A DNA stretch of 63,911 nucleotides, counting the filler, from Octopus bimaculoides (lineage: Eukaryota): assembly GCF_001194135.2 (NCBI RefSeq). It is 7 parts of 7 records of this genome, joined end to end, with 100 filler letters (N's around TTAATTAATTAA, not from the genome) between each part and the next. Parts side by side here need not be neighbours in the genome. Positions count along the whole stretch, not along the records: positions 28,069 to 40,222 come from NC_068982.1; positions 40,323 to 45,996 come from NC_068989.1; positions 46,097 to 55,833 come from NC_069007.1; 4 more parts are not named here. One strand, written 5' to 3'. This document shows, one piece after another, positions 36,613-51,010 of the stretch. The notes beneath the pieces were generated by a model. The model searched no databases and was not told the origin of the DNA. It worked only from the letters and a program-made list of their open reading frames with translations. Position 1 is the stretch's first letter, and every line of letters begins with the position of its first letter. A program made the position numbers and the translations under genes.

Positions 36613-37806
36613 GCTTTGTCTGATTTTGATTTTGTCGACTACACAGTATTCTAAGGTTAGTTAGGCACTGTCTGTGAGAAAACCAGCAGCATGCCGCAAT
36701 TCACTCTGCCTGAAATTTGCAAACGACATGCTGTGCTGCGTGATATTCGCACCGGAAGCTCCAATACGAATACTTCAGAGTGCGTGGGTTCCAATCTGAG
36801 GATATTTCAAAGGATTCGAAAAGAGTCGGATGAGTCTACTGGTGATTACGAACGTACGAACCTCTCAGAACTCACTCTGATCGTTCTGAAAAGAAAAGAA
36901 CTCCTGGATTTGTATGTGAGATCCAGCCCATGACTGACAACGATCCCTCCAGCTTCATTAGGTCCATCGCCAAAGACATGGGAGTGTCTAAGTTTCTCAT
37001 CAGGCAGATTTTGTATGAAGACATTCGGTAATCGTTTTACAAGATGAGAAATGACCAATTTGTACCCTTAGACATAAGGAACAAAGGAATTTGAAAAAAC
37101 TCAACCACTCACTTCAAGCGAACATGCTTTTGTTTCCTCAGAGCAGAAAAAATTCTGCCAGGATCAGATTGTGAACACACAGAAAAAATATTGACTTGTC
37201 CTGACCCCTCTGTACTAAGACTGATAAAAATCAAACTTCCAGTAAACATCATGGGGTACGAAGTGATCGCTAGTAATGGCGGGGTTATGCCTTCATTCAT
37301 CTTCCCACATCGCCTCACTTTCAACACGCACGCCTACATCAATTGCCTAGAGATGGAAGTGCTGCCGTGGGTCAAGAGGATGGCTGTTGGAAGACCGTAT
37401 GTCTGGCAATAGGTCTCTGCAATATGTCACACAAGGAGGAGAACCTAATCATTGTTGTCAGACAATTTCTGCGACGAGATCGGTCCTAACATCTAATTCC
37501 GCAGACTGCAACCCCCTTGATTATTATGTGTGGCGGCAGTTGAGCAAGAGACCAACAAGGCTCCTTGTAACACCAAAGACAAGGATTATGGCAGCATTCA
37601 CCAACTTAAACAAGGAGAGCGTCCATAAGAGTTACGGGGGAATCCGAATCGTCTGAAGACCGTGGTTAAAGCCAATGGCGATTTTATAGAGAAAAAAAAC
37701 ATGCTCTTTAGTATTTTTATGTAATCTTGGTAAATATATATGTAAAAATGTCAGTGTTACTTTCACTTTTGCGTAATTTCGACAACAATATATTCACTGC
37801 ACCCTA
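36613..37806 (+). mobile_element. maT-family (DD37D) Tc1/mariner transposon relic, copy 1
   Basis: VLPWVKRMAVGRPYVWQ, SADCNPLDYYVW; 3' TIR ...cactgcaccct followed by TA; homologous to 57792-58584. Confidence 0.88.
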
Positions 37807-37955
37807 TATAGGTGCATGTATATGTATGTATATACATACATACATACATANNNNNNNNNNNNNNNNNNNNNNNNNNNTATATATATATATATATATATAT
37901 ATATGCGTGTGTGTGTGTGTGCGTTTATGTATATATATATGTGTGTGTGTATGTG

Positions 37956-37992
<37 letters not shown>

Positions 37993-38091
37993 GATATACG
38001 TAGTCTGATCGATGTTTTGTATCCGGACTGTTGCCATAGCAACGACGCTAAAGCACGTGGCGTGAAACCACCTGACACAGAATGAGCTTGA

Positions 38092-38803
38092 ACTCTGTTA
38101 TGCATGCGCACTAAGTTTTAACGTTCTAGCTCACTTCGACTGTTTACAGGAATGCTTGAAATTAACGTTTGTAGCCTGTGTTCATCGCATTGAGTAGGGC
38201 AGACAAATTTGAACAGAGAATCTGCATCAGGTGATGCCTGCTCAAATGCCTACGCTCAAATGCCTACGCTAAGTTTTCAAAACGTTTTCAGCATTCACGG
38301 CGCAATCAAGGCGATTTTGTGAAATTGAAGCCCGAATGTCTTTTTTGTCAGCTGAAAGTTTGTGCCAAAAATTGGCAGGCACGCATCTCATATCCAAATC
38401 GTCAGTGGTGATGGACTGAGCGGAACCGTAACTGATCTGCACATCCTCTAATAACATACGGATGGGGATTCGACGATTTCCTCTCAAAGCTGCGGCGCAC
38501 ATCTGCGATGTTTTTTCTTAGTTCCGTTGGTTTGAGGTCTCCCGGAACGTTTGTCACAATCGACATTGTTTCTGCCATCTTCGAAACGTTTGAACCACTC
38601 GTACAATTGTGTGCGGCTCATACACCCCTCTCCATATAATTTCTTCAACGCTCAGTTGACCTCTGAGTAAGTATCGCTATGACATATTTCTATGTTGTGG
38701 TCAATGCGACGATTATACGTTACACACTTTAGTTCGAAGTATTGTTGCAAATAGCGGAAGTGAGATACTACGTTAAAACTTAGTGCACATTCATAAAAGA
38801 GGT
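38092..38803 (-). mobile_element. Internally deleted mariner element with inverted repeats
   Basis: LYGEGCMSRTQLYEWFKRFEDGR..SGRP..NRRIPIR (mariner N-terminal HTH); gcactaagttttaacgt near 38106 inverted near 38768-38785. Confidence 0.8.
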
Positions 38804-40222
38804 AAAGGTTAATCTTTGCCAAGCGGCTTTATTCTGAATATTTTAGCTTCGTTACTATGACAACCGTCCGGATGATTCTTGAAGATATCTCGTGTATACA
38901 TATGCACTCACAGAACCCCCCCCCCCGCACACACACACACATTCAAATATATATATATATAACGTCGTAAAAAATCAACGAATACAGTTCTAAATGTAAC
39001 CCTTGTCGACCTTTGTCTGAATCCCAGAAGATATTTTATTCTTAAATCACTTTCATTAATTTTTTTCCCAAATCTTCCGTCGGTAGAAGTTAATTGCTCC
39101 TTCGAAGGTTTCTCTACAAACATCACAATTTAAAGTTTAAAACCATGACTATATAGTGTGACAAATTTGTAAAATATCACTCTTAGAGCTAATCTTCCAA
39201 GGAATAAAATATAGTAAAGAATGTCTAACTATGTAGAAGATAAGTTACGTCCGATGTAGAGCCGGTTTCGTTTTTGCCTTTTGGTGTTTTTTTCCCGCTA
39301 AGTGTAAGATATATTACGAAATTAATAAAGATCTGCAATTTGCATTTTCGAATAAATAGCTATTTACGTGAACCGAAATTTTAATATGTTTTCGCTACAT
39401 GACCATTAATATTTTCACAGAATATCTGGGCTTTTTTTTTTTTTTCACTTCCGTCAATGTTTGACAACCTCCGATATTTCCCTATCATGTGTACAGAGAA
39501 AATTTTTCCTGAAATATTAAGATGCCCGCTGAGAAACTCGCTAAATAATAAACCATACTTGACCATTCCTTTACTAGTTATTATAACTGCACACGCTTTA
39601 TGATTTAGAATAGTTATGAAGCAAAATTATGATGAATGTTAGGAAACCTAATCAAGTTATATATTGGCAGCACAATGTGCCTATTAAAACGTGTGTCATT
39701 GTTCATACTGATTATTGCAGATAGTAGCAACTAATAACATTATAAAACAACAAGTATTTAATAACGTGAAAATAATAAGATACAAAATAAAGACACACAT
39801 CTTCTTTTATGCAGGATATGATGTCATATTACGAAGGCCATAATGAAATTATTCATATTTTCTAGTAATAGGAAAAAAGTTATGTAGTGAATGGTATAAC
39901 GTGTGCACTGAATTTATCACAAATGCAATAAAACATCAAGCAAATACAGTAAAACGAATATGCCAAATCGCATGTAAATTAAATACCAGCTGCAAGCACT
40001 TGCTAGCAAGAAATGTAATATCACTGTGAAGATCTTAATAGTTGGATCACGAATATAAACAAAGCGCAGAGCAAATTCTATATTAAGTGTTTGCATATCA
40101 TTCCAAGCACATGTCGAAATTGTGCTAATTTTATTAAGCTAACTCATTTTTAGGAATAACTATACATCCATACGCATACATATGGACACACTTGCATATA
40201 TATATATATATTTATATATATA

Positions 40223-40322
40223 NNNNNNNNNNNNNNNNNNNNNNNNNNNNNNNNNNNNNNNNNNNNTTAATTAATTAANNNNNNNNNNNNNNNNNNNNNN
40301 NNNNNNNNNNNNNNNNNNNNNN
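40223..40322. other. Assembly join spacer
   Basis: 44 N + TTAATTAATTAA + 44 N. Confidence 0.97.
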
Positions 40323-40378
40323 GGGTGGAGAGAGGGGGTGGAGAGAGGGGGTGGAGAGAGGGGGTGGAGAGAGGGGTA
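40323..40378 (+). repeat. 14-bp G-rich tandem repeat
   Basis: gggtggagagaggg, about four copies. Confidence 0.85.
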
Positions 40379-40632
40379 GGACAGAGAGGAGAAAGGGTAG
40401 GAGAGAGAAGAGGATAAGTAGGAGACAGAGGAGGATGGGTAGAAGACGGAGGGGAATGGCTATGCGAAAGAGGAGGAAGCAGATAGTTATTTAGCAGTAG
40501 TAGTAGGGGAAGAAGATGAAGTAGGGGGTGGAGGAAGACCGCCATTGTGTCATAGATCATGGAAATCAAAGTGGTCGAAAATACGTAGCGACAACAGAAC
40601 TTAACCAGCTCACGTAGAAGCAGCAGCAGCAA

Positions 40633-40668
<36 letters not shown>

Positions 40669-41624
40669 TAGTAGTAATTCACATTCTTTAAGTTATTTAC
40701 TGATTTCATTTCACAGAAGACCAGCTGATTATTTTTAAAATATTTTTTTATTATTTTGGTTTCCTCGTGCCGCGCGCATTCTCGTCAATAACTTCATTTA
40801 ATTGCTGTAAGTCCCTCCTGGGGATTTAAGAAACAAAAGTTATTTTTACCTGAAGACGGAACAACTTCCATAGTAAGAACTGTCAAATATCTCAACCAAC
40901 CAATGAAGCTAACTGAATCTCTTTAGTGTAATTTTTGTTTGTTTTTTGCTTAATTTCTATAATTGTTTCAAAAATTTATTGGAACGGAAAGAGATTTTAC
41001 GGAGAAGGAAAAACGTGAAGAGAGGAAGGAGTGGGGAAAAGAGAGGGGTACGTGTTCTTACTGCTGCACTAGTTCTGTCCTAACTTAAATTATTGAATTG
41101 CCACAAGGGCAATAGAGGACGAACATTACGAGAAGTTGACTTCATGTGTCAAATCTATGTTATTGTGTTGGTGCTTGAATAATTAAGGTCCAGAGTAAAT
41201 TCTAATTAAACACATAACAAAAAGAAAAAATATTAGCATTACAAACAAAATTATGAATAAATTAATTATCATATCAAATTATTAATGACAAGAAAAATGA
41301 AAACAGAGAGAGAGAGAAAGAGAGTGATGATAAGAGTTGACTACTGTCAGATAAAAAGAAAGGGTCAGCAGACAAACAGAGATAGAGGGCGGGAAGGAGA
41401 TGGAGGTTTGTACTAACTTGAAATAGCAGGAAAACAAAGGCAATCGGGAGAAAAGATCATTTTAAAATTAAAATTCAATTGACACAAATTTCATTTCACT
41501 GCCACTACTACTACTGCTGCCCTAGCTGCTGCCCTAGCTGCTGCCCTAGCTGCTGCTACTACCACAGCTGCTATATCTACTAGTATTGCTACTATTAAAA
41601 AAAAACCGATAAGCATCGCCCTTT

Positions 41625-41920
41625 CAAAGCCTAGCCAGGCTCATGGGCCCGGTTTCCCGGTTTCTATGGCGTATGTGTTCCACCCAGCTGGACGGGACTC
41701 CAGCCCATCGCAGCGTTAATCAAGGAACAGGAAGAAAGAGTGAGAGAAAGTTGGGGCGAAAGAGTACAACAGTGGTCGCCACCATCACCTGCCGGAGCCT
41801 CGTGGGGCTTAGGTATTTTCGCTCAATAAACACTCACAACGCCCGGTCTGGGAATCGAAACCGCAATCCTCCGACTGCGAGTCCGCTGCCCTAACCACTG
41901 GGCCATTGCGCCTCCACATT
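41625..41920 (-). mobile_element. tRNA-derived SINE family C, tail type 1
   Basis: A box tggcccagtgg, B box ggtttcgattccc; tail gcgatgggctggagtcccgtccagc..gaaaccgggaaaccggg resembles Meta/V-type SINE domains. Confidence 0.88.
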
Positions 41921-41929
41921 GTTACTAAT

Positions 41930-43030
41930 ACTGGCTTCAAATTTTGGCACAATGCCAGCAATTTCGGGGCTGGGGTTAAGTGTTCAACTGGTAATTATTT
42001 TATCGACCCAGAAAGGATGAAAGGCAAAGTCGACCTCGGCGGAATTTGAACTCAGAACCAAAAGTCACTCGAAAGCGATTTGCCCGGTGTGCTAACGATT
42101 CTGCTAGCCGGCTGCCTTAGTTATTGTTACCAATATTATTTCTGATGTAGATATCACAGTAAAGCTTTAGGCAGAATCTTTTGTGCTTCATGTTACATTT
42201 TCCGATTCCTTTAGATCTAAGTTCAAATCACACCGAAAACAACTTCGCCTGTCATTTTTCCGGGGAAGGGGTGTGGTTCTTAAAATAAAGTACTAGTGAC
42301 TACAAGGGTCGATATAATCGACAATTCACCTCTTCCTCCTCCAAATTTCTGTATTTGTACCGGAAGCAGAAATTATAATTACTACAATACTGCTATTGCG
42401 CCGTCATTATTACTATTGTATTTCAAAATGCTTAGCGGCTTTTCGCCCGTCCTTACGTTCTGAGAAATTCAACCGATGTCAACGTTGCGTCTGATCCATC
42501 GACCCAAATAGAGTACTAGGGGGTCGATCTAATCGGTTTGTCCCCTCCCGCAAAATATCAGGCCTTGTACCTATAGTAGAAAGGATTACTACTATTGTAT
42601 TTAAGGAGGCGAGCTGGCAGAATCGTTAGCACGCGAGGCTAAATCCGCCATTTCGTCCGTCTTCGTGTTTAAATGCCACCGAGGTCGATTTCGCCTTTAA
42701 ATCTTTCGGAGCTGAGCACAGGGTCGATCTAATCGACTCCACTCCTCCCCCGAAATTGCTGGCCTTGTTCCAAAATTTGAAACAATTATTACTATCATAC
42801 ATGATGGCATAAAAGTAGCACGGTCATGTTAAACGCAGACTAATTTCAGCAGCGTATATTCAGGGTGAAACGTTTTTTGAGGATTAAACTTTATTAAAAG
42901 TCAACTTTGCATATACAACTTCAGAGAACGTGGTAAATCGATTACGTCGACCTTAAGGCTAAGCTGGTACTTATTTCATGGAACGCGAAACGATGAAAGG
43001 TTAAGTCGCCCTTAGCGACTTTGATAGTTA
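41930..43030. mobile_element. Cluster of about five SINE family B copies or fragments in both orientations
   Basis: Repeated gaggtcgactttgcctttcatcc-like core and tail ccttgtgcc..tagaaa at about 41930, 42200, 42430, 42605, 42930. Confidence 0.8.
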
Positions 43031-43304
43031 ATACTAAAACCCAGCTGAAGTAAAAATTCATCCTACGGTTTCGTTATGCATCAATGATGATATAATGACC
43101 TATAAAATCCTCTAACAAGTAGGACTCTTTTTGGTTCGTGTTACTAGCAAAAATGAATCACTGTATTTGATAGTATATAAGATTAAGTATAATTGCACCC
43201 TGTACAATTATGTATTTCTATACATGTATTTTACCTAAAATATTTATATGTCCTGGCGACTGATAAAATTCATTAATTTTAATGATTTTGTCTCTTAATT
43301 ATGT

Positions 43305-43377
<73 letters not shown>

Positions 43378-43799
43378 GTGTGTGTGTATAAACGCATATA
43401 TGAATGCCTGCTTATATGTGTGGATGTGTGGGTGGTTGTGTGGGTGTGGATGGGTGTCTTATGTCAAGTTAGATACAAAATTAAGTTTTATATCAAACTG
43501 AAGAATTTCTCAAAGTCCTTTAGTAGCATACGTATTTACAACAGATAATGATTATTAAAATTTGATGTCGAGTGACTGTATGTATCTTACTGTATAAACT
43601 GGCTATTACTACAATTCTATGACTTTTACGCCTCAAGTTAAATAGAAAATGTTTCGAATTTAAATATGATTATGATTGTTGTGGAGGTTTTCTCTTGAAT
43701 AGCAATTTTATTTTAGTTTTATTTATCATATCCTGTTTGGACATGTGGAAGGTGAAATATCATTAATGAAGGATACCATGTATCAAGTCGTTTCACATT

Positions 43800-45520
43800 A
43801 AGGCTTGAAAAGACTTTGAAGTTAAACTATAAGAAATAACAAGTTCAATAAAATTCGACAAGCACCACAATTGTTATCCAACTTAAACTAAATTCGAACT
43901 TCAAAACATTAAGAAATCCAATAATTCGTTTGCATTTTCTAACTAAAATCATCTACAAATTAGATAACGACGTGTACAGCAAATATCATTCAAAGCTATA
44001 GAAATCCCAGCTTACACACGTATAACGATGTGAAAGCTGAAGAAACTATAGCGAAATTAAAAGTAGACAACGTATAAACTGTTAGACCAACCGTGAATCA
44101 AGATTATACATCACGTTTGAAAATCATAAAGATAACTTCGAATCCAACACGATATATGGGTTAATTAAGCCAGTGAAGAGTGAAATCGGATTAATTAGTA
44201 AACTTATACATGAATATATGTCCAAATCAGGAAAACTACAAAATGTCGACAACCTATTTGTAGTAACTTCGCATTTAGTTGGATCAGAAAGCAGCAACAA
44301 TTATTGTAGAACATTTTTTCAATTTGATATCATTGAATTTTTCTCTTCCTGCTACTAACATCGACTCACCCGAGCCTTCAAATTCGTAGAGAAATGCAGC
44401 AAAGTCGTACTATAAATGAGAGTGATAAAGAAATAATTGTACACAGTTTTTGAATACCACATGGGTAGTTACTCTTATGCCAGTATGAAGTAATTTGATA
44501 TCACTAAACTATATGATGTTGTTGCGAAAAACACTAGCTGTTGTAATTAATGAATTTAAAACATCAAACATAAAGCTTACATAGAAGTGTAGGGATGGAT
44601 TGCTTGCATCATTCTACTGGTAGAACATTAGACAACTCTAGAAAAGATCTAGCTGGAATTTACAACAGCTTTGTTTTTAGACTCCAAATATCCACAGATA
44701 TGAACGTGCTTAAATTTTATATTTAACAGTGTAACTGAATGATGAATAGATACAGACGGCATATAATACAGAATTAAATGTTCATTTGCATTGAATAGAA
44801 TTCCGCCTAGTTATATAATTATTAATTATTCGTAAAATATTGTCAGACAAATCAGCTTTCGATTATACCCTAAAGGATAACTAATACAATCAGGATTTTC
44901 AATTTATTACAAAGCCACCAAAGCCGACTAATTAGAAAACAAACCTTAACATTACAAGTTTTGATCCACCTGTCTCTAAAAATATTTCAACAAATATAGC
45001 AAAATTGCTTTTAGTCTAGTAACACTGACTTCGTATTAAACTACAGTTAGTGGAAGTTATTGAATTGTAATAAATATTTGTGACAATAACGCAACGATTG
45101 AAAATATACAGTGTACATAGAAAACCAATTCTAAGTATACGGTGTACATACAAAACCAAAGGGTTACGACATCCATCAGGACTCTGATAGAAAATCGTTA
45201 TTTCGCTGAATCTATATTAGTAATAATATCAATTGATATTAGTAATATTAATATTACTACGAAATTCTACATTGGAATGACAATAACACTTGATGCCACT
45301 ATACCGACTGCAGTTCCAAAGTGAAGAGAAGGACGTCATAAATCTTTGAAGTGTTATATGGTAATTGAAATACAATGACATTGAAAATTTTAACATCTTT
45401 GGAGATATACTGAACCAAGACAAACCAGACACGAATGGATTCAAGATTTACAAGCTATTTGTTAGAAAGAAGATTTATATTTATTAACACCTAAAACAAT
45501 TTCTGAATATGTCTCAAAAT
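43800..45520 (+). pseudogene. Highly decayed Penelope-like (Neptune-type) RT and GIY-YIG ORF
   Basis: YITFENHKDNFE..LIKPVKSEIGLISK; FFQFDIIEF; RDGL; ITSFDPPVSKNISTNIAK; KFYIGMT, in the expected order. Confidence 0.8.
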
Positions 45521-45931
45521 ATTGAGGAATGAAGCCATATTAAGAAATATATCGCAGCTAAATTTAATCGAATAATTGTAACCCGATTAAATACATAATA
45601 TACTACTGTTGATCGGTGTAGACATATAAGCCTATTACTAGACACTTCTCTACTGATACTACACCCAGTACAAATCCAAACGGAAATTCACAACATGTGG
45701 CGACATATAGAGAGCACTTGTATATAAACCTTCTTGTGATAGCATTTACATGCATCATATCCATTTGAAATTGAAGATTAATATAGTAAGAAAAGAAAAA
45801 ACGAATTACAATATAAGCTTATGTTTGTGTGTGAATATGTGCAGGTGTGTGTGCGTATGCATGTACGTAAGCATTCAAATATGTAAGTGTATGTATATAT
45901 ATATGTAAATAAGTAGGTGTATGTAGGTATG

Positions 45932-45996
<65 letters not shown>

Positions 45997-46096
45997 NNNN
46001 NNNNNNNNNNNNNNNNNNNNNNNNNNNNNNNNNNNNNNNNTTAATTAATTAANNNNNNNNNNNNNNNNNNNNNNNNNNNNNNNNNNNNNNNNNNNN
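45997..46096. other. Assembly join spacer
   Basis: 44 N + TTAATTAATTAA + 44 N. Confidence 0.97.
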
Positions 46097-47319
46097 TATA
46101 TATATATATATATATATCGTAAAAGACCCATGTAATTTGCTCACGATTCAGTATTATGACAATTTCTACTTGACTTGTCCCGTTAAGTAAGCCCATCACT
46201 GAATATTTTAGTCCTTTGCAGTTGAAGTGGTGACACTAATGACGTTCCAGGAATACCAGTATTAACTTTATTTATCTGTGCTACTATGTCACTCAACAGT
46301 ACTTTTATCCTGGTTTTGTACTGTTAAATTCCACATCACAATGCCATAATGCATTAAAATGAAAAACAAAAACCACACCAAACATGAAAGCTATTTTGTG
46401 GGGGGAGGGGATTAAGCTTTTAGCACTAAATCTGAATACTTTGGTTCGTTCATGGCTGATTAAAATATTTCCTTTCGTCATTCCATTTCGAGTTTTCACA
46501 CATATTCTTCTCGTGTGTGTCGACAACGTGACTTGAAGGCCTCTCACGCTATTTTTTTCTTCTTTTTTTTCTCTTTTTAGATATATCTGTAAAGTATGTA
46601 TTGCATCACAGATCATGCATTTTAACAAAAAATTTTATAGCTCTACATTTCTTTCAGTTTGATGTCGTAGAATTGTCAGAGTGTCGAGCAAAATGCCACA
46701 AGGTTTTCTTCCTTTCTTCCCTCACTTTTTTTCTTTTCTTTTTGGTTCTTTCATTCTGGTTTCAAATTCGACCGAATTCAACTTTGCCATTCATTTAATT
46801 TTTTTTCGGGGTCGATAAAAAATAATAGTGCAGAATTCTCCTTGAAGCACGCCATATAACCCGTCATAATTCTTTATATTTTTTGAAATGTTCGGAAATT
46901 TCTTTTCGAATTTGTGTTCAGCACACGGAATTCATATGATTTTGCNNNNNNNNNNNNNNNNNNNNNNNNNNNNNNNNNNNNNNNNNNNNNNNNNNNNNNN
47001 NNNNNNNNNNNNNNNNNNNNNNNNNNNNNNNNNNNNNNNNNNNNNNNNNNNNNNNNNNNNNNNNNNNNNNNNNNNNNNNNNNNNNNNNNNNNNNNNNNNN
47101 NNNNNNNNNNNNNNTATATGTATATATATATTATGCGTGATTTAAGGGCTATTTAGCTGTTATTTTTAGCACACTGCATGTACGTATGGAATCATAGCAA
47201 AAGAGTAAGACAGAGCTTATTGAACTGGACGTGAGTCTCCATTCTCAGGTCAGATGAGATATAGCACACACAGGTTCAATCTATCGAATCCTTGTTGTTG
47301 TTGTTTGTTCATTATTGAT

Positions 47320-47605
47320 CCATGCCTGGCTCATAAAAGCCGGTTTCCCGGTTTCATTGGCGTATAGGTTCCCCACCTGGATGGGACACCAGTCCGTCGC
47401 AGGTGAGCTGCTAGATGCAGGAGGAAAGAGTGAAAGAACGTTGCGGCAAAGTAGTCTGCAGAGGTTCGCCATTACCTTCTACCGAAGCTACGTGGAGCTT
47501 AGGTGCTTCGCTCATAAACACACACACCGCCCGTTCTGAAAGTTGAAACCGCGATTCCTCGACCTCGAGTCCGCTGCTCTAACCAATAGGCCATGTGCCT
47601 TCACA
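47320..47605 (-). mobile_element. SINE family C, tail type 1, degenerate
   Basis: Homologous to 41625-41920. Confidence 0.82.
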
Positions 47606-49070
47606 GTGAATCCTTATGATCATTAAAATTTGTTTAAACAAATTTTTGAGGATGTTTTCTGCATTAAATATTTTAATAACTTGACTGTTGCTTGTCATGC
47701 AAATGGCGTCTCTGAGTCGTTTATTCTGTGAACAACCTTACTTTCTAACGTCAACCAGTGTAAGTCTTCTTACGCGTTTGCTGAGCTGACTCATTTCTAT
47801 TTATCTATATAATGATGTTACGGGGATGTACTTGCATAGCAAGTGACCTGATCTGAGATCATGTGCTGAAACAAAACAATTGCAGCATGGAAGGTGCTTA
47901 TAAGCCATTTAAAAAAGACACAAAAACCGTTTGATACGCTTCAACATTTAAATTTAATTTGCCAGAACATTTTCGTCGCTTTGAGACCGCGACCTGTTCG
48001 ACAGATGGAAGCAGCAATTAGTTCAAAATAGCATTCTGTATATCTCACTTAACGTGGACATATCTATCTATCCATCTCTCTATTTACCTGCCTCATCAGA
48101 TTTAGCTGCGAAGTTAACTTTTTTTAATATCCCCTGTGTTGAATAAAAAATAAAAAAACCGCAGAATCCTTGAATTAACGAAAACAAACAGATGCCTGAA
48201 ACGCCAATTCTGTAAAGAAAATAAGAATCCAAGAAAACAGTTTAAGTAGTTATTAAGTATATCACTTAGATAGAAAAATAGATAAGACTACCCTCTCTCC
48301 TCCCCACCCTTCAGCCTCTCTCTCTCCCTCTCTCTTCCCTTCTCCCACTCACTCTATCCCACCCTTTCTCTCACTCCTCCCCCTCGCTCTCCCCTTCTCT
48401 CTCTCTCTTCGCTTCTTCCCCTCTCTCCATGCCTGACCTGCATAAACGTTTTTTTTTTTTGTTTTATACTAACATTGCATTAACTTTATACATTTTTCTC
48501 GTTCTTCATTTTGTGCTTTTTTATTTATCATTTTTACCAAAATATATTTTTCAGAATCTTCGGTGCTTATTGTTATTGCTGTTATTCTTCTTCTTCTTCT
48601 TGTCGTTTCCCGTTAGTTTTCAGCTTATGTATGCAAGCTCCATTTGCAGTCCCTTCAAAAGTGTCATAACGAGGTCATGCCGTATCGTCCTACCAAAAAA
48701 CACGTTTTGTCTTTCATTTCACACGGCCTACAAAATAACTGCCCCATCAAACCTCCAAAATGTTGTCAAACAATATTTTTTCTCATGAACAGGAGGGCAG
48801 GAAGGCAGGAGGTAACTGTGTACTCGTCCCCCTTGCCTCTTCGTTTAAACGTTGCGCCCTATAAGTAGTACACCACATAACTACACTACAATACCAGAAA
48901 CTGTAAAACACTATACAGAACAATTAAAAGCATCGACGAGGGCCACTTCTTGCCCCCAGTGTCGCAATGATGATCTCAAACAACAAGTCCACACCCGAAG
49001 AGCAAAGAAATCAGCCATGCAAAGAACACAGAAATACTACACGAAAACTACGCATCTTCTACCTTGATCC

Positions 49071-49418
49071 CAGGGGTTCACTACAAGATTTATGGGGGTC
49101 CATGCAAGCAAAATAGTAAATATGGGACGCACAATAGTATTTTAAGGATCCATAAGGAATTATGCTTTGGATGTATTTCTTGCAAGAAACAGCCAGGCTT
49201 CTTTAACGTTTTACGTAGTTCAACCTACGACAAGTTAATGTGTGAAAAAACAAAATAGGAATTTTGAAAGAAGTTTCTAGAAAACTAGGTTTTAAATATC
49301 GAATGGCTAGGGGAGGTCCACCAGAATGAAATAGTAATCAACAGGTGTCAACTCAAGGAAAATAGTAAAAAGTAGTCAAAGGTGTCCATAGATAAGAAGA
49401 AATGGTTGAGAACCACTG
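49071..49418. mobile_element. hAT-type MITE
   Basis: Left end CAGGGGTTC; right end reverse-complements to CAGTGGTTCTCAACC; no clean 8-bp TSD. Confidence 0.5.
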
Positions 49419-50864
49419 ACTTGGATCGTGAGCTTGCTTTCTTCCATTCATCAGAAACGCAAAAGGTATTAGGGAAATCTGAAAGCCCATAAGTTTCTGG
49501 GTTGACAAAATCGCAAATATTCATCTAAATATCGAGGCCCTTGAAGGAATTGCTGCACTCAACAATATCAACGTATATTCCAACCAGCCCTGCTTAATTC
49601 TAAGAATCTGCAAACATGGTAAAAAAATCATTACGATATTCAACATAATGTCGAGTGAAGTTGCATCCCACTCACCCATTGCACTCCTCTACACATAAAA
49701 ATATATACACACTGGCAAGTGCAACTGCACGTATATACATTTGAATATACACAGTGCTAGAAATAGGACATATAGACGCATCGAAATACGTGCTTACATA
49801 CACCCAACTCTTATAAATACATGCAAGTATATACGTCTCCAAATTTGTGCTTAGGCATAAATTTACATATAAATATGCACATACATACAAATTCACATAT
49901 CTATATATTATACACTATAGAATCACATACATGCAATCATATNNNNNNNNNNNNNNNNNNNNNNNNNNNNNNNNNNNNNNNNNNNNNNNNNNNNNNNNNN
50001 NNNNNNNNNNNNNNNNNNNNNNNNNNNNNNNNNNNNNNNNNNNNNNNNNNNNNNNNNNNNNNNNNNNNNNNNNNNNNNNNNNNNNNNNNNNNNNNNNNNN
50101 NNNNNNNNNNNNNNNNNNNNNNNNNNNNNNNNNNNNNNNNNNNNNNNNNNNNNNNNNNNNNNNNNNNNNNNNNNNNNNNNNNNNNNNNNNNNNNNNNNNN
50201 NNNNNNNNNNNNNNNNNNNNNNNNNNNNNNNNNNNNNNNNNNNNNNNNNNNNNNNNNNNNNNNNNNNNNNNNNNNNNNNNNNNNNNNNNNNNNNNNNNNN
50301 NNNNNNNNNNNNNNNNNNNNNNNNNNNNNNNNNNNNNNNNNNNNNNNNNNNNNNNNNNNNNNNNNNNNNNNNNNNNNNNNNNNNNNNNNNNNNNNNNNNN
50401 NNNNNNNNNNNNNNNNNNNNNNNNNNNNNNNNNNNNNNNNNNNNNNNNNNNNNNNNNNNNNNNNNNNNNNNNNNNNNNNNNNNNNNNNNNNNNNNNNNNN
50501 NNNNNNNNNNNNNNNNNNNNNNNNNNNNNNNNNNNNNNNNNNNNNNNNNNNNNNNNNNNNNNNNNNNNNNNNNNNNNNNNNNNNNNNNNNNNNNNNNNNN
50601 NNNNNNNNNNNNNNNNNNNNNNNNNNNNNNNNNNNNNNNNNNNNNNNNNNNNNNNNNNNNNNNNNNNNNNNNNNNNNNNNNNNNNNNNNNNNNNNNNNNN
50701 NNNNNNNNNNNNNNNNNNNNNNNNNNNNNNNNNNNNNNNNNNNNNNNNNNNNNNNNNNNNNNNNNNNNNNNNNNNNNNNNNNNNNNNNNNNNNNNNNNNN
50801 NNNNNNNNNNNNNNNNNNNNNNNNNNNNNNNNNNNNNNNNNNNNNNNNNNNNNNNNNATATATA

Positions 50865-51010
50865 TATATATATATATATATAAGAATACGACGGGCTTCT
50901 TTCAGTTTCCGTCTACCAAATCCACTCACAAGGCTTTGGTCGGCCCGAAGCTATAGAAGACACTTGCCCAAGCTACCACGCAATAGGACTGAACCCGGAA
51001 CCATGTGATT
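50865..51010 (-). mobile_element. SINE family A head and body
   Basis: acgacgggcttctttcagtttccgtctaccaaatccactcacaagg...gaacccggaacc. Confidence 0.88.

Noticed and set aside
41860-41920. tRNA-like sequences with A and B boxes (also at 9416, 54495, 55490)
   Set aside because: They are SINE heads continuing into SINE bodies; no complete cloverleaf.
43060-43105. Minus-strand TTGATGC..GAAACcGTA hammerhead-like motif
   Set aside because: Core and stem II too degenerate to distinguish from chance.
46640-46680. FFQFDVVELS resembling a PLE RT motif
   Set aside because: Isolated 10-aa match with no flanking support.
49430-49600. Minus-strand peptide LVGIYVDIVEC..*MNICDFVNPETYG as an exon or RT piece
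   Set aside because: In-frame stop, inconsistent splice phases and no clear motif.
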